A stretch of 64,000 bases of DNA from assembly GCA_963710605.1 (NCBI GenBank), contig CAVQBA010000006.1:160001-224000 (forward strand), written 5' to 3'. The notes beneath the pieces are model-generated. The model had not been told where the DNA came from. It ran no database searches and saw only the letters and a program-made list of their open reading frames with translations. Below, piece by piece: positions 22,047-32,920 of this stretch. Source of the stretch: an uncultured cyanobacterium (GTDB lineage Bacteria; Cyanobacteriota; Cyanobacteriia; Cyanobacteriales; Cyanobacteriaceae). The translations under genes were made by a program, and so were the position numbers. Each line of letters begins with the position of its first letter. Within the stretch, counting starts at the first letter, position 1.

Positions 22047-23404
22047 TGGTTTATGGAGATTAAATCGTTGAGGGCTAATGGGGCAGTAACGGACTGATTG
22101 TCGATTTTTACGTTATCGAGATAAATTGTCGAATCTGCGTCACCAAAGCCTAATAAATCAAAATAGAGAGTAACTTCAGTACCCGATGGTATGTCAGAAA
22201 TATCAACAGTAACAGTTTCATTAATTGTCAATTGTCCATTGTCCATTGTCAATTGCTCACCGCTGGATGTGCCACCAATTCTAACTCGATCGTCGAAGTA
22301 GGCTGTGCCGTCGTTTTGCAGGTTGAAGAAGCTATCGGTATTTGATAAAGTATTACCGAGAATTGGTTGGTTGGTGTTGGCATCAAGAAGAGCTACTTCA
22401 AAGGCATCTGGTGGTAGAATCGTGTTGTTGGTATCGCCATTACCTAGTTGGGCGTTAAAGCTAAATTGTAAGGTTTGACTATTTTCAGGGACGATAAAGC
22501 TTTGGGTGAAGTTACTTAAATAGGAAGAGTCTTCGGTGAGAATTGCTCGATCGTTTTTGACGGTAGCGGCACCTCGGTTATTCCAGCCATAATCAGGGTT
22601 TGTATTGTTACTAATAGCAAAGTCACCGTTAAGGATTTCTGCCATCAATCCACTAGAGGTTAGTGGTGCGGTGAGGGAGATTCCCACCTCTTCTTCGGAA
22701 GGAGAAAGGCTATTGCTGAGGTTGAAATCTAGAGAAGAATCCCCCCTAGCCCCCCTTTGTAAGGGGGGAACAAGATCGTGGTCGTGGTTGTCCGTTTGAG
22801 GTATTAGGGTATGATAAGTGTCGGTTTTTGTATTTTGAATTGCGTTGAGTATTAAGACGTTGATATCAGAAGGAAGTTTACGGATACTAGGGGCGAGATG
22901 GGTATTTAATAAGTCATGGGGGTGAGCTCGTTTGTCTAAATGTGAACCATCTACTGAGAGCAAGGCAGTAAAGTTATCGCCGATAAAGGTACGTTTACCA
23001 TTTTTATAACGAACATTTTTATCAAATTCTGAATAACCACCCATGAAGCCATAAAGGTGTGCGGCTTCGTGGAGGATAGTGGTAAGGAGATCGTATTTAC
23101 CATATGCTGGGGAGTCGGGAGTGGCTTGAAATGCCCAATCTGTATTATTGATACTGTATTCTTCGTTGGCGAAGGGTGTTTGGTCGATAAACCAGCCGGC
23201 ACCGTTAGCATCATGATCGATTTTAATAATACCAGCGTTAGGTTTACCTTGAGAGTCGAAACCTGTTATGGTAGCTTCTGCTAGTTGTCCAGAAGGTAAG
23301 TCTTTTATTTCATAAGTGATGTCTATATCTGTTTGGGGTATAAGGGTTGACCAGATGTGGTTTACGCTATTATTTAGTTGGTTAAGCGTTTGGAGATTTG
23401 AATT

Positions 23405-23938
23405 ATGGATATTACTGCCGAAGAATTGGTCAGAAGATATGAGGCTGGGGAACGTGATTTTCGAGGTATTATTTTGCAGTACACCAGTTTGAATGGAGTT
23501 CAATTTGAAGAGGTTGATTTCCGAGGAGCGATTTTTAATAATATCTCGTTTGGCACCATTAAATTCGTTCCAACTAAGTTTATTAATTGTAATCTCTCCT
23601 GTACTGAGTGGTGGTTTTGTGGTTTGCCCCCACTGTTTGGATGTAATTTGCAATACTCTATCATAGAATCTTGTTATTTTGGAGATACTTTTGTTGATTG
23701 CGATTGGAGAAATAGTCAAATTAGTTGTCCCACCTTTGATGACGTTATTTTCGATAGGTGTAACTTGACTGGGCAAAGAGAAGCCAAAGGAACTGGTCAT
23801 TTTCTTTCTGGTGAAGTGATTGGACTCCAAAACTTTGGAATTGGTCTTAAAAACACTTTCGATAGAAATGGTGTTTTTCACTCTGGTATCTTTTGTCGAT
23901 GGCCTCGTAGAAGTCTTCTGCAATATCCGATTAGATAA
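23405..23938 (+). CDS. Pentapeptide-repeat-family protein nested antisense in the 21719-24085 frame
   Basis: Typical N-terminus MDITAEELVRRYEAGERDFRG, degenerate pentapeptide repeats and a GGAG SD about 9 nt upstream of the ATG. Confidence 0.85.
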   Translation: MDITAEELVRRYEAGERDFRGIILQYTSLNGVQFEEVDFRGAIFNNISFGTIKFVPTKFINCNLSCTEWWFCGLPPLFGCNLQYSIIESCYFGDTFVDCDWRNSQISCPTFDDVIFDRCNLTGQREAKGTGHFLSGEVIGLQNFGIGLKNTFDRNGVFHSGIFCRWPRRSLLQYPIR

Positions 23939-24212
23939 TAAATTAGCAGAATTATTAGAAGGTGAAGGTATTGTTATGATATTTAAATTTGTGAGATTAA
24001 ATATTTGATTAAAGTCAAAACGAGGTAAGTTGATTTGATTGTTTGGACTATTTAGAATATTTTGTAATTCTGATAATCCTATCAACCATACATGAGGATC
24101 TCTCCATTCGCTGAAGTTATCAATAGCGATAGAGCTCGCTTGTAGGGTGCGTTCTCTTAAACCGTTACATATTTAAGACGATCCCATATAGCAAAGAACG
24201 CACCACCCTTGT

Positions 24213-24453
24213 TTATTCACTAAAACGGTGACAGTAGCTTGATTAAAAAGATTACCATCGTTATCTTCGCTATGTATAGGTAAATCGATCGATTCCTACA
24301 AACTGATTATTAGGTTGATACTCAACTATGCCTTGTGAATTAACTGTGATAACGGCGTTATTAGGTTGACTAGTTATTTGCAAGCTATTAGGTATTAATG
24401 TACTATCACGATCGCTATCGTTAGCTAAGACATCGATGGCGATATTTTCTCCT
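24213..24453 (-). pseudogene. Second copy of the Ig-like domain with a +1 frameshift/stop
   Basis: AIDVLANDSDRDSTLIPNSLQITSQP...FTYT*, continuing out of frame as EDNDGNL.NQATVTVLVN. Confidence 0.8.
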
Positions 24454-24481
24454 CGATCGATCGTCGTCATTTGTAAATCCC

Positions 24482-25783
24482 TTAAACACCATAAGGAAGC
24501 CCCTCACTATTAGATAAAGGAGGAGTCACACCATCTGGCACACCTAACTCATAGGTACGTCCTACTACATTAGTTTCAACTAATTGTAAACCTGCGGCAA
24601 CATCAATTAAAGGCTCAATATCATCGATCGGTTTACTTTTGAGATCGCTAGGATTATCATTTACAGTCTTAATAATCTGTTGAATATCAAAGATAAAAGT
24701 ACTAGCCGCAAAAGGATAAGTAGCATAGAGATAGCGATCGTTTCCAGAGACAGTTAAGCTAGTAGCGATCGCCCCTGGTACCGGTCTGGTGGCGGCAACT
24801 AGTTCAGGATTACTACCTAATGGATTTTTGATAATACCAATATTACTACCAGCAAACTCATCACTGATACTTGGAATGGTACTACCTAAATTGCGACCAT
24901 TACGCCCAACCACAAACCCATATTCAGTTCCAGTTATCTCATCATAAACAATCGTGACATCAACAGCCTCATTAACATCAAAGTAATCGTTAGTGCTACC
25001 AAGATTTAAGCCAGCATAATTAACCTTCATGGTAAAAGCATTAGAATCGTTGTTGGTAATAGTTAAAACACCATAACCTTGAGATTCATTTGCTCTGTTT
25101 GTAAATGCCATTTTCGAGTCACTAGGAGTATCAGAAATAGCTTTGACACCACTACCAACCTTGATAATACCGATTTGTTCGTGCCAACGGAAAAGATTAT
25201 TGAAACTGCTTATCGGTTGCTCATCGGGATTAATATTGATTGCCACAATATAACCATCACCCAAACTCCGATAACTACCTAAAGTAACAAAAAGACGATC
25301 GCCTTGATTGTTAATAGCAATATCTTGAATGTTGACATCATCAGTAGGAACATTCAGATTAATATTAGCAATATGTTGATTGTAAGTATCCGAATTAGCA
25401 TCAATATCAACTACATAGATCAGATTTTGATCACGATCGCTAATATAAGCATATCGATCGTTTTTACTAATGGTAATCGATCGAGGTACAGAACCCGCAG
25501 GTAAAGGAATCGGGTCAATTTGACTAGTATTAAGATTACCATCTAACTGCTTGAATGCCAGTAAATCAACCACCGCTACACTAGAAGAAGTTTCTAAAGG
25601 TACGTATAAACGAGAAGCCTTATTTGTAGGGGCAGAGAAGCGAGGAGTATCTTGAACAGCAGATGTACCTACGCCAATACTAGCTAAGAGAAGATTACCC
25701 ACACCATCAGTTTCAATAACTGTCTTTGGATTACTTGAGTTAATAATATTAACACGATCGGCAAAAGGTATAGTTGCGATCGC
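24482..25783 (-). pseudogene. YncE/YVTN-like beta-propeller fragment of a giant secreted protein
   Basis: RLYVP..SSSVAVVD, DRYAYISDR..IYVVD and DRYLYATY; no signal peptide; the frame runs upstream through a HIP1 site at 25776. Confidence 0.65.
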
Positions 25784-25939
25784 AAAATCAAATCCTAATT
25801 CTTCAAGGAAAGTTAGTCAAGGCTTTTAATGATAAAAAAGTAATCTTAAAAGAAGCTAGAGATAGTTATATTCAAATATTTTTTTTATAGTGCTAAACTA
25901 ACTATTGATACTGTCTGTAATCAAGAAGCACATAAAAAA

Positions 25940-26010
25940 TGGGTCGCCTGAGACTCGAACTCAGGCCGATTGGTTAAAAGCCGAGTGCTCTACCACTGAG
26001 CTAGCGACCC
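25940..26010 (-). tRNA. trnK: tRNA-Lys(UUU)
   Basis: GGGTCGC acceptor stem, D arm GCTC/GAGC, anticodon loop CTTTTAA, T arm CTGAG-TTCGAGT-CTCAG. Confidence 0.9.
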
Positions 26011-26120
26011 TTTTGTTGTTGATGTTATTTTCAGCAACAGTAACCATTATAGCTACTATTTTTTGAGATTGCAAGGGGTCAAGCCAAAAAATTTTCAAAA
26101 ACTTTTAAGCCTGATTTTCC

Positions 26121-27557
26121 CTAAGATTTACTCTCGGATTTTGCACTAATATCTAACAGTACTTCAGGCATCACATTCGGTGTCATCATTGCCCCTGGTG
26201 TATTCTGCTCATATATTTCACCCATAGGTAAAGTCTCTTGTCTAACTTGTTCTTGTGGGTCACCTTCAGGTAATAATTTAAGTAGTGGTAAAGGAAGTAA
26301 AGTTGATAAATTCGTAATCAAAAGTAATAACCACATATGCTCAAAATTGGTTTCGGTTACACCCAGCCATTTAGTCAGTAATGCACCTAATTCGTGAGAT
26401 AACAAACCACCCAAATTCCAAATTGACATTAATAAAGCAAAAAAACTAGCTTCAATACCTTCTGGGCATAAACGGGCGGATAAAACCAAAACGGGCATAA
26501 AAGCAATTTGCCCCATGACAGTTAAAACTAGACTATCACCTAAACTAAACCAGTGGTCATCGATACCAATGGCACGATTAGCATGAGTAACTAACAATAA
26601 ACTAGTCATACCCAATACTGAAGAAAGTACCACACACCAACCCAGAATAGTCCGAAAAGAAATTTGTTTTAACCACTGTTGGTAAGACCAAATACCAATT
26701 AGAGACGCTAAGCTGGTAATAAGACGTACTCTACCTAAAAATTCAGGGGTAAAACCTAATTCATTAGTAGAAAAGAAGAAAAAAGCAGAATCGGCACTAG
26801 GTGTACTTTGCCAGAGAAAAACAAACATCACAGGAGCAAAAATAGATGGTTGTCTAAGGGTTTGCCATAATTGCTTAACTTGTTCAGGAAAAGGTTTTAT
26901 TTTGGTTTCTTTGGTGACAGGTTGCTCAATTATTAATCCTGCTACAGTAATTACTAAAATAGGAAAACTAGCAACGATGAGAAATACTTGATTATTACTA
27001 AAATGTTCTAATAATAAACCACTAAAGTAGGCGGTAATTAAACCACCTAAAGCTGAGGTTGCCCATGTGACAGACTGTAATGAGCCAGATTTGGCTAATG
27101 ATTCTGATTTTGCTCTTTCTACTACTACAGAATCAACAATTACATCGCTCATCGCTACTGATAAAGATGTACCGAGGATTGCGATAACTGCACTCCACAA
27201 ACTATCAACAAATAGGGCTAAACTCAACCAAGAAATTGAGCCGAGAATACCTGCAAGGATAAGATAACTACGACGACGATAATTAAATAATGGTTTACCA
27301 TCGCTTAAAAAACCAATCACGGGTTTGGTTATCCAAGGAATAGAGGCGACTCCCATCAAGGCGGCTACTTGAGCAGGAGAAAGCATTAAATCATCTTTGA
27401 GGAAGAAACTAACGGCGAGTCTAGCTAATCCTAAAATACCTTGAACAAAATATACGGTTAAGATGGCAAATAATTCTGCTGTAAGCTTGTTACCAAATAA
27501 TAGTTTCTCTTCTATATATTGGATAACTTGATTTTTAAAATCTGTATTGACAAACAT
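26121..27557 (-). CDS. Folate/biopterin transporter (BT1 family MFS)
   Basis: VYFVQG, PWITKP..G..SD, DVIVDS and ARLCPEGIEA. Confidence 0.92.
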   Translation of the reverse strand: MFVNTDFKNQVIQYIEEKLLFGNKLTAELFAILTVYFVQGILGLARLAVSFFLKDDLMLSPAQVAALMGVASIPWITKPVIGFLSDGKPLFNYRRRSYLILAGILGSISWLSLALFVDSLWSAVIAILGTSLSVAMSDVIVDSVVVERAKSESLAKSGSLQSVTWATSALGGLITAYFSGLLLEHFSNNQVFLIVASFPILVITVAGLIIEQPVTKETKIKPFPEQVKQLWQTLRQPSIFAPVMFVFLWQSTPSADSAFFFFSTNELGFTPEFLGRVRLITSLASLIGIWSYQQWLKQISFRTILGWCVVLSSVLGMTSLLLVTHANRAIGIDDHWFSLGDSLVLTVMGQIAFMPVLVLSARLCPEGIEASFFALLMSIWNLGGLLSHELGALLTKWLGVTETNFEHMWLLLLITNLSTLLPLPLLKLLPEGDPQEQVRQETLPMGEIYEQNTPGAMMTPNVMPEVLLDISAKSESKS

Positions 27558-27859
27558 TAAGTATTTTGATGTTAGTTTACTTAATATATCTTAATACATT
27601 AGTCTCGATCGACAAGTAAGATCACAAACAGATAACTGTATTTAAACTAAATAATAGGTCGCACAGTTAATACTTTTTAGTTTTGTTCAAATCAATATTG
27701 CTTGAATTAATATTTTCTGAGGTTACATTCGATAAATTGACATCAGTAAAAGACTTGAATATTACAAATAAATAGAGCTAAAAAATTTTCATTTAGTCAA
27801 TACGTTAATTCTTAATTACTATATAATGCTGTTGAATATGATCAAGATAATTAAAAATA

Positions 27860-28300
27860 ATGACCTTAAGTGAACAAATCAAAAACAAAGAAGTGAGTTC
27901 AAATATCGCCGTAGATTGTGTTGCATTGATGGAAGAGCAAGTTAGTGCTAAAAAAGGGATTAAAGGAGTAACATTTAAGACACTTTATAAAGGAATTAAA
28001 ACCATAAGTCCAGACTACACCACCAATGCAATAAAAGGGCTTTTACCTTCTATTTCTCAAGCGATCGATCCTCTTTGGAGTGAAGGAATCGAGCAAGGTA
28101 ATCCTGTTGATTATTTATCAAAGAATCAATCTTTAACTGCGGATACAATTTTAACAGTAACAGACAATAGAATCAAGAATTCTAGTAATAAAATTGTCAA
28201 GGCTAGTTATAATAAGGTGCGTAATTCTTTAAAAAGTGAAATTGAAGAAGTAGTACCACAATTAGCAGTTATCCTCGATCGAAATATTGCTTCTACATAA
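27860..28300 (+). CDS. Hypothetical helical protein
   Basis: 146-aa ORF with host-like codon use. Confidence 0.7.
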   Translation: MTLSEQIKNKEVSSNIAVDCVALMEEQVSAKKGIKGVTFKTLYKGIKTISPDYTTNAIKGLLPSISQAIDPLWSEGIEQGNPVDYLSKNQSLTADTILTVTDNRIKNSSNKIVKASYNKVRNSLKSEIEEVVPQLAVILDRNIAST

Positions 28301-28411
28301 AAAAACCATAATCACACAATTGATAATAATCTCAATTAATCGGCATAAAACTTAAGAATTAGAAATAAATTTTGATGCTTTATGTTTGGGTTAAGTTATA
28401 AAATACAGAAC

Positions 28412-29629
28412 ATGAAATCAGTCAAAGAAGTAGAACAAATAATTATTGATTTAGTTCAACCCCTTACAGAACATGAATTTGTACCTTTAAATAAAGCAAC
28501 TAATCGTGTTTTAGCCCAAAATATATCTTCAAAGCTCGATTTTCCTTATTGGGATAACTCAGCTATGGATGGTTATGCAGTGAGATATGTCGATGTCAAA
28601 AACGCATCGGCAACTAATCCTGTTTGTCTAAATATTGTTGAAGAAATTCCTGCTGGTTATTGCCCAAAAAAATCAATTAATAGTGGTGAAAGTGCCAGAA
28701 TTTTTACAGGTGGTATTCTGCCAACGGGTGCGGATACGGTGATTATGCAAGAAAATACTCAGCGACAAAATGATCAAGTCTCTATTTTTTCTGCTTCACA
28801 TCAAAATAATTTTGTGCGTCGTCAAGGTTCATTTTATCAAGCCCAAGACTGTTTACTCTCAGCTAGAATCAAAATAAATCCGCCTGAAATGGCTATTTTA
28901 GCTACTGCTCAATGTTTAAATGTACCTGTAATACGATCGCCTATTATTGCTATTTTATCTACAGGAGATGAATTAATTGCTCCCGATGAGCCTTTACATC
29001 GAGGTAAAATAATTGATTCTAACCAATATTTACTCACCAGTTTTTTAGAACAAAATAATGTAACTGTCTTACCTTTAGGTATTATCAGCGATAATTTTGA
29101 GGTTTTAAAACAAACGGTAAAAAATGCTTTACAACAAGCTGATTGGGTAATTTCGACAGGAGGAGTTTCGGTAGGGGAATATGATTATGTCGATCGAGTT
29201 TTAACTGAGTTAGGAGCCCAAATTGTAGTTAATAGTGTCAACATCAAACCCGGTAAACCTCTAACAGTAGCCCGTTTTCCTGAAAATAAACTGTATTTTG
29301 GGATTCCGGGTAATCCTGTTTCAACGATGGTTACTTGTTGGCGTTTTTTACAAACTGCTATTAGTAAATTATCAGGAGACAAAAACTATACATTACCTAG
29401 TATAGTAATAGGCAAAACTAAAATTAATTTAACATCTACAGGTACTAAAGAAACTTATATTTGGGGTCGTGCTACTTTAGTTAAAGGATATTACCAATTT
29501 TCGATCGCTAAGGGGGCATCTAGTTCGGGTAACTTGATTAATTTACAGGGAGTTAATGCTTTGGCTATTATTCGGGTAGGGACAAATTTGATTGAGACAA
29601 ACAACGATGTAGAAATTATGTTGATTTAA
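28412..29629 (+). CDS. moeA: Molybdopterin molybdotransferase
   Basis: NSAMDGYAV, STGDEL, TGGVSVG, KPGKP and GIPGNPVS. Confidence 0.95.
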   Translation: MKSVKEVEQIIIDLVQPLTEHEFVPLNKATNRVLAQNISSKLDFPYWDNSAMDGYAVRYVDVKNASATNPVCLNIVEEIPAGYCPKKSINSGESARIFTGGILPTGADTVIMQENTQRQNDQVSIFSASHQNNFVRRQGSFYQAQDCLLSARIKINPPEMAILATAQCLNVPVIRSPIIAILSTGDELIAPDEPLHRGKIIDSNQYLLTSFLEQNNVTVLPLGIISDNFEVLKQTVKNALQQADWVISTGGVSVGEYDYVDRVLTELGAQIVVNSVNIKPGKPLTVARFPENKLYFGIPGNPVSTMVTCWRFLQTAISKLSGDKNYTLPSIVIGKTKINLTSTGTKETYIWGRATLVKGYYQFSIAKGASSSGNLINLQGVNALAIIRVGTNLIETNNDVEIMLI

Positions 29630-29679
29630 ACAATGTATCATTTGTTTTCCATTGTTTACAAACAGCCGTGAATTAAAAT

Positions 29680-30723
29680 ATGATGAATCAACTTTATAAC
29701 GCTTTTACTTTATTCACCAGTTTACTAGTAGAAGCAATGCCTTTTTTATTAATTGGGGTATTGTTATCTAGTGGTTTAATTTTATTTTTAGAGGATAATG
29801 TTTTAATTCAAAAAATGCCGAAAAATCCGATACTGGGTTCTATTGTCGGGAGTATTTTTGGTTTTTGCTTTCCTGTGTGCGAGTGTGGCAATATTCCTGT
29901 AGCACGTAGTTTTTTATTACAAGGTTTACCGACTTCGGTGGCGGTTTCTTTTTTACTAGCCGCACCAACAATTAATCCTGTAGTATTATGGTCAACTTAT
30001 ATCGCTTTTCGTGGACAACCAGAGGTTTTTTGGTTAAGAATTATTTTTTCTTTAACGATCGCTATTTCTATTGGTTGTATCTTTAGTTTTCAAACTGATG
30101 CTCGTCCTTTACTTAAACCAATTTTAGCTAAGCGTTTGACTACATTGATGAATCAGCAACAGAAAGCTGAATTAGCGTCAACACAAAATAAACTAGAATC
30201 AGATTACAATTTACTTCAATCAGGGAGTTTTATCTTATCAGACAAAGGTCAAACCCTTAAAATGGATGAGCAATTATTAAAGTCTTCTTCATCTGTAAAA
30301 AATTCTCGTGCGATTTGGCAACAGAGAATAAATTTATTTTTAACCAACGTTCATAATGAATTAAGAGAATTAGGTGCTGTTTTGATTTTAGGTAGTGCGA
30401 TCGCTTCTTTGATACAAGTTTTTGTACCCAGAGAAGTGATTCTTAGTTTGGGGCAAAGTAATGTGACTTCAATCATTGCGATGATGATTTTAGCGGCTGT
30501 TGTTTCTATTTGTTCAACAGTAGATTCGTTTTTTGTATTATCTTTTGCTTCTACTTTCACTACTTCTTCTTTAGTCGCATTTTTAGTTTTTGGTCCTATG
30601 ATAGATATCAAAGCTATTGGGTTAATGTTATCTATTTTTAAACCTCGAATGATTATTTATTTAATGTTGATTGCGGCTCAACTGACTTTTCTTTTAACTC
30701 TTTCTTATAGTTACTTCTTCTAA
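29680..30723 (+). CDS. DUF318/YcgR-type permease
   Basis: FPVCECGNIP and SICSTVDSF. Confidence 0.88.
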   Translation: MMNQLYNAFTLFTSLLVEAMPFLLIGVLLSSGLILFLEDNVLIQKMPKNPILGSIVGSIFGFCFPVCECGNIPVARSFLLQGLPTSVAVSFLLAAPTINPVVLWSTYIAFRGQPEVFWLRIIFSLTIAISIGCIFSFQTDARPLLKPILAKRLTTLMNQQQKAELASTQNKLESDYNLLQSGSFILSDKGQTLKMDEQLLKSSSSVKNSRAIWQQRINLFLTNVHNELRELGAVLILGSAIASLIQVFVPREVILSLGQSNVTSIIAMMILAAVVSICSTVDSFFVLSFASTFTTSSLVAFLVFGPMIDIKAIGLMLSIFKPRMIIYLMLIAAQLTFLLTLSYSYFF

Positions 30724-30749
30724 CCATCATCTTTACTTAATTAAGACTA

Positions 30750-31550
30750 ATGACTAAAGTAATTTCCCGAAAAAAATGGTTTGATGTTCTCGATTTTATA
30801 TCTATGTTTTTATGGTTTTTATTATTATTTAAATACTGGATCACAGGACAGTTAAATCTTTTAATTCATCCTAATTATTTTTTATTAGTCCTTGTGACTA
30901 GTCTGGTTTTACTTTTATTAGCAGTTGGTAAATTATTTTTAATTATTAGTAATTATCGTCCTCAATCTCAATGGTCAACTAGTAATATTAGTGGTCAACA
31001 AACTAGTTTATTTCCACCAGGATGGGGTAGTATTTTGTTAATTACGGTAGCCATTTTAGGTTTAGTTATTCAACCTCGTGTTTTAAATTCTGAAGCGGCT
31101 TTACAAAGAGGAATTAATGATTCTTTACCGCCGACTACTTTACAAGCTCAATCTTTTTTAAATTCAACTTCTCCTGAGCAACGATCGTTAATTGAATGGG
31201 TACGAACTTTAAATGTTTATCCTGAACCTGATAACTATACGAATCAACCGGCAAATTTGATCGGTTTTGTGGTTTATTTAGAGCAATTACCTGATAATTA
31301 TATTTATTTATCACGTTTTGTTTTGACTTGTTGTGCCGTTGATGCTTATCCTGTCGGAATCGTAGTTCATTTACCCCAGCCTCGTAGTCAATATGCGATC
31401 GATAGTTGGTTAGAAGTTAAAGGAATGATGCAAACAGAAACTTTACCACCATTAGATCCTAAAAGCATCAGTGAAAATCAACGTCAATTAGTTCTCAAAG
31501 CAACAGAAATTACCACTATTCCTACCCCTAGAAATCCTTATAGCTACTGA
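30750..31550 (+). CDS. TIGR03943/YcgQ-type permease partner
   Basis: LLIHP, RFVLTCCAVDA and C-terminal PRNPY; operon with the preceding gene. Confidence 0.88.
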   Translation: MTKVISRKKWFDVLDFISMFLWFLLLFKYWITGQLNLLIHPNYFLLVLVTSLVLLLLAVGKLFLIISNYRPQSQWSTSNISGQQTSLFPPGWGSILLITVAILGLVIQPRVLNSEAALQRGINDSLPPTTLQAQSFLNSTSPEQRSLIEWVRTLNVYPEPDNYTNQPANLIGFVVYLEQLPDNYIYLSRFVLTCCAVDAYPVGIVVHLPQPRSQYAIDSWLEVKGMMQTETLPPLDPKSISENQRQLVLKATEITTIPTPRNPYSY

Positions 31551-31603
31551 TAATAATTGAGAATGGAGAATGGAGAATTGAGAATGAAGATAGCTAAAAA
31601 GAA

Positions 31604-31626
31604 AAGGTGAGCATTGCCCACCTTAC
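31604..31626. repeat. GTAG-type REP palindrome
   Basis: aaggtgagcattgcccaccttac; near-identical copy at 43840-43862; related palindromes at 39099-39127, 39954-39977 and 48043-48067. Confidence 0.7.
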
Positions 31627-31663
31627 AATTAATAAACTTGAGTTGATAATCTAAATCTAATCG

Positions 31664-32920
31664 TTAAGCTTCATGTTTTTTGAAAGCCAAAGTGACGTTA
31701 TGTCCGCCAAAACCAAAAGAATTAGATAAAGCAACATTAATCTCTACCTCACGACTTTGATTGGCTACGTAATCCAAATCACATTCAGGGTCAGGATTAG
31801 CAAGATTAATCGTTGGTGGTACTTGATCATTTGCTATCGCCATAATTGTTGCTACTGCTTCAATACCACCACTACCACCTAACAAATGACCTGTCATTGA
31901 TTTGGTTGAACTAATTGCAATAGCGTTAGCTCGCTCTTCTCCTAAAGCGGTTTTAATTGCCTTGGTTTCGGTTTTATCATTAGCAGGTGTACTAGTACCA
32001 TGAGCGTTGATATAAGATACTTGGTCAGGTGTGATACCAGCATCTTTCATTGCTAATTCGATCGCTCTAGTAGCACCAGCACCATCGGGTACAGGGGCTG
32101 TCATATGATAAGCATCACAAGTCATGGCATAACCAATCATCTCGGCATAAATTTTAGCTCCACGAGCGATCGCACTTTCTCTTTCTTCTAAAATTAGAAT
32201 ACCTGAACCTTCACCCATAACAAAACCATCTCTATCAGCACTAAATGGGCGACTAGCAGTTTCGGGGCTGTCATTACGAAAAGAAAGAGCCTTAGCCGAG
32301 GCAAAACCAGCCATTGATAATTGTGTAATTGCCGCTTCTGTACCGCCACAAATTACGGCTTGAGCGTAACCTGATTGAATCAAACGAAAGGCATCACCGA
32401 TTGCATTAGAACCTGCGGCACAAGCGGTTACAGGGCAACAATTAGGTCCTTTTGCACCGGTATGAATAGCAGTTAAACCTGCCGCCATATTACAAATCAT
32501 TGTTGGTACAAGAAAAGGAGTTACTCGACTTGCCCCTTTTGTGAGTAAAACTTCATTTTGCTCTTCCATGACGCTTAAGCCACCAACACCTGTACCAATA
32601 ATAACGCCAATATCATGAGCATTATCCTCATTAATTTCTAGCTGTGCATCTTTAAGGGCATCAAGACTAGCCGCAACGCCAAATTGCGAAAAACGAGCCA
32701 TCCGTTTGGCTTCTTTGCGTGTTATGTAAGCTAAAGGATCAAAATCTTTTACTTCACCTGCTATTTTACAAGCATAATCGGTAGTATCAAAATGGGTAAT
32801 ATAACCGATACCATTTTTGCCTTCTGTTAGCCCTTGCCAATATTGCGTTACATTATTACCAATTGGGGTAATAGCACCTAAACCTGTAACTACGACTCTG
32901 TTGAGTTGTCGATCAGTCAT
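31664..32920 (-). CDS. fabF: Beta-ketoacyl-ACP synthase II
   Basis: RVVVTGLG, TACAAG, NAHGTST and SNSFGFGGHN. Confidence 0.97.
   Translation of the reverse strand: MTDRQLNRVVVTGLGAITPIGNNVTQYWQGLTEGKNGIGYITHFDTTDYACKIAGEVKDFDPLAYITRKEAKRMARFSQFGVAASLDALKDAQLEINEDNAHDIGVIIGTGVGGLSVMEEQNEVLLTKGASRVTPFLVPTMICNMAAGLTAIHTGAKGPNCCPVTACAAGSNAIGDAFRLIQSGYAQAVICGGTEAAITQLSMAGFASAKALSFRNDSPETASRPFSADRDGFVMGEGSGILILEERESAIARGAKIYAEMIGYAMTCDAYHMTAPVPDGAGATRAIELAMKDAGITPDQVSYINAHGTSTPANDKTETKAIKTALGEERANAIAISSTKSMTGHLLGGSGGIEAVATIMAIANDQVPPTINLANPDPECDLDYVANQSREVEINVALSNSFGFGGHNVTLAFKKHEA

Larger units (their letters stand above)
21719..24085 (-). pseudogene. Internal fragment of a giant secreted protein: HEXXH metalloprotease-like region, beta-sandwich region and Big_9/cadherin-like Ig domain
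   Basis: DANGAGWFID, DLLTTILHEAAH and IDVLANDSDRDG...FTYTVED; the frame is open upstream to about 24170 with no convincing start, and the C-terminus drifts into unrelated sequence. Confidence 0.7.
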
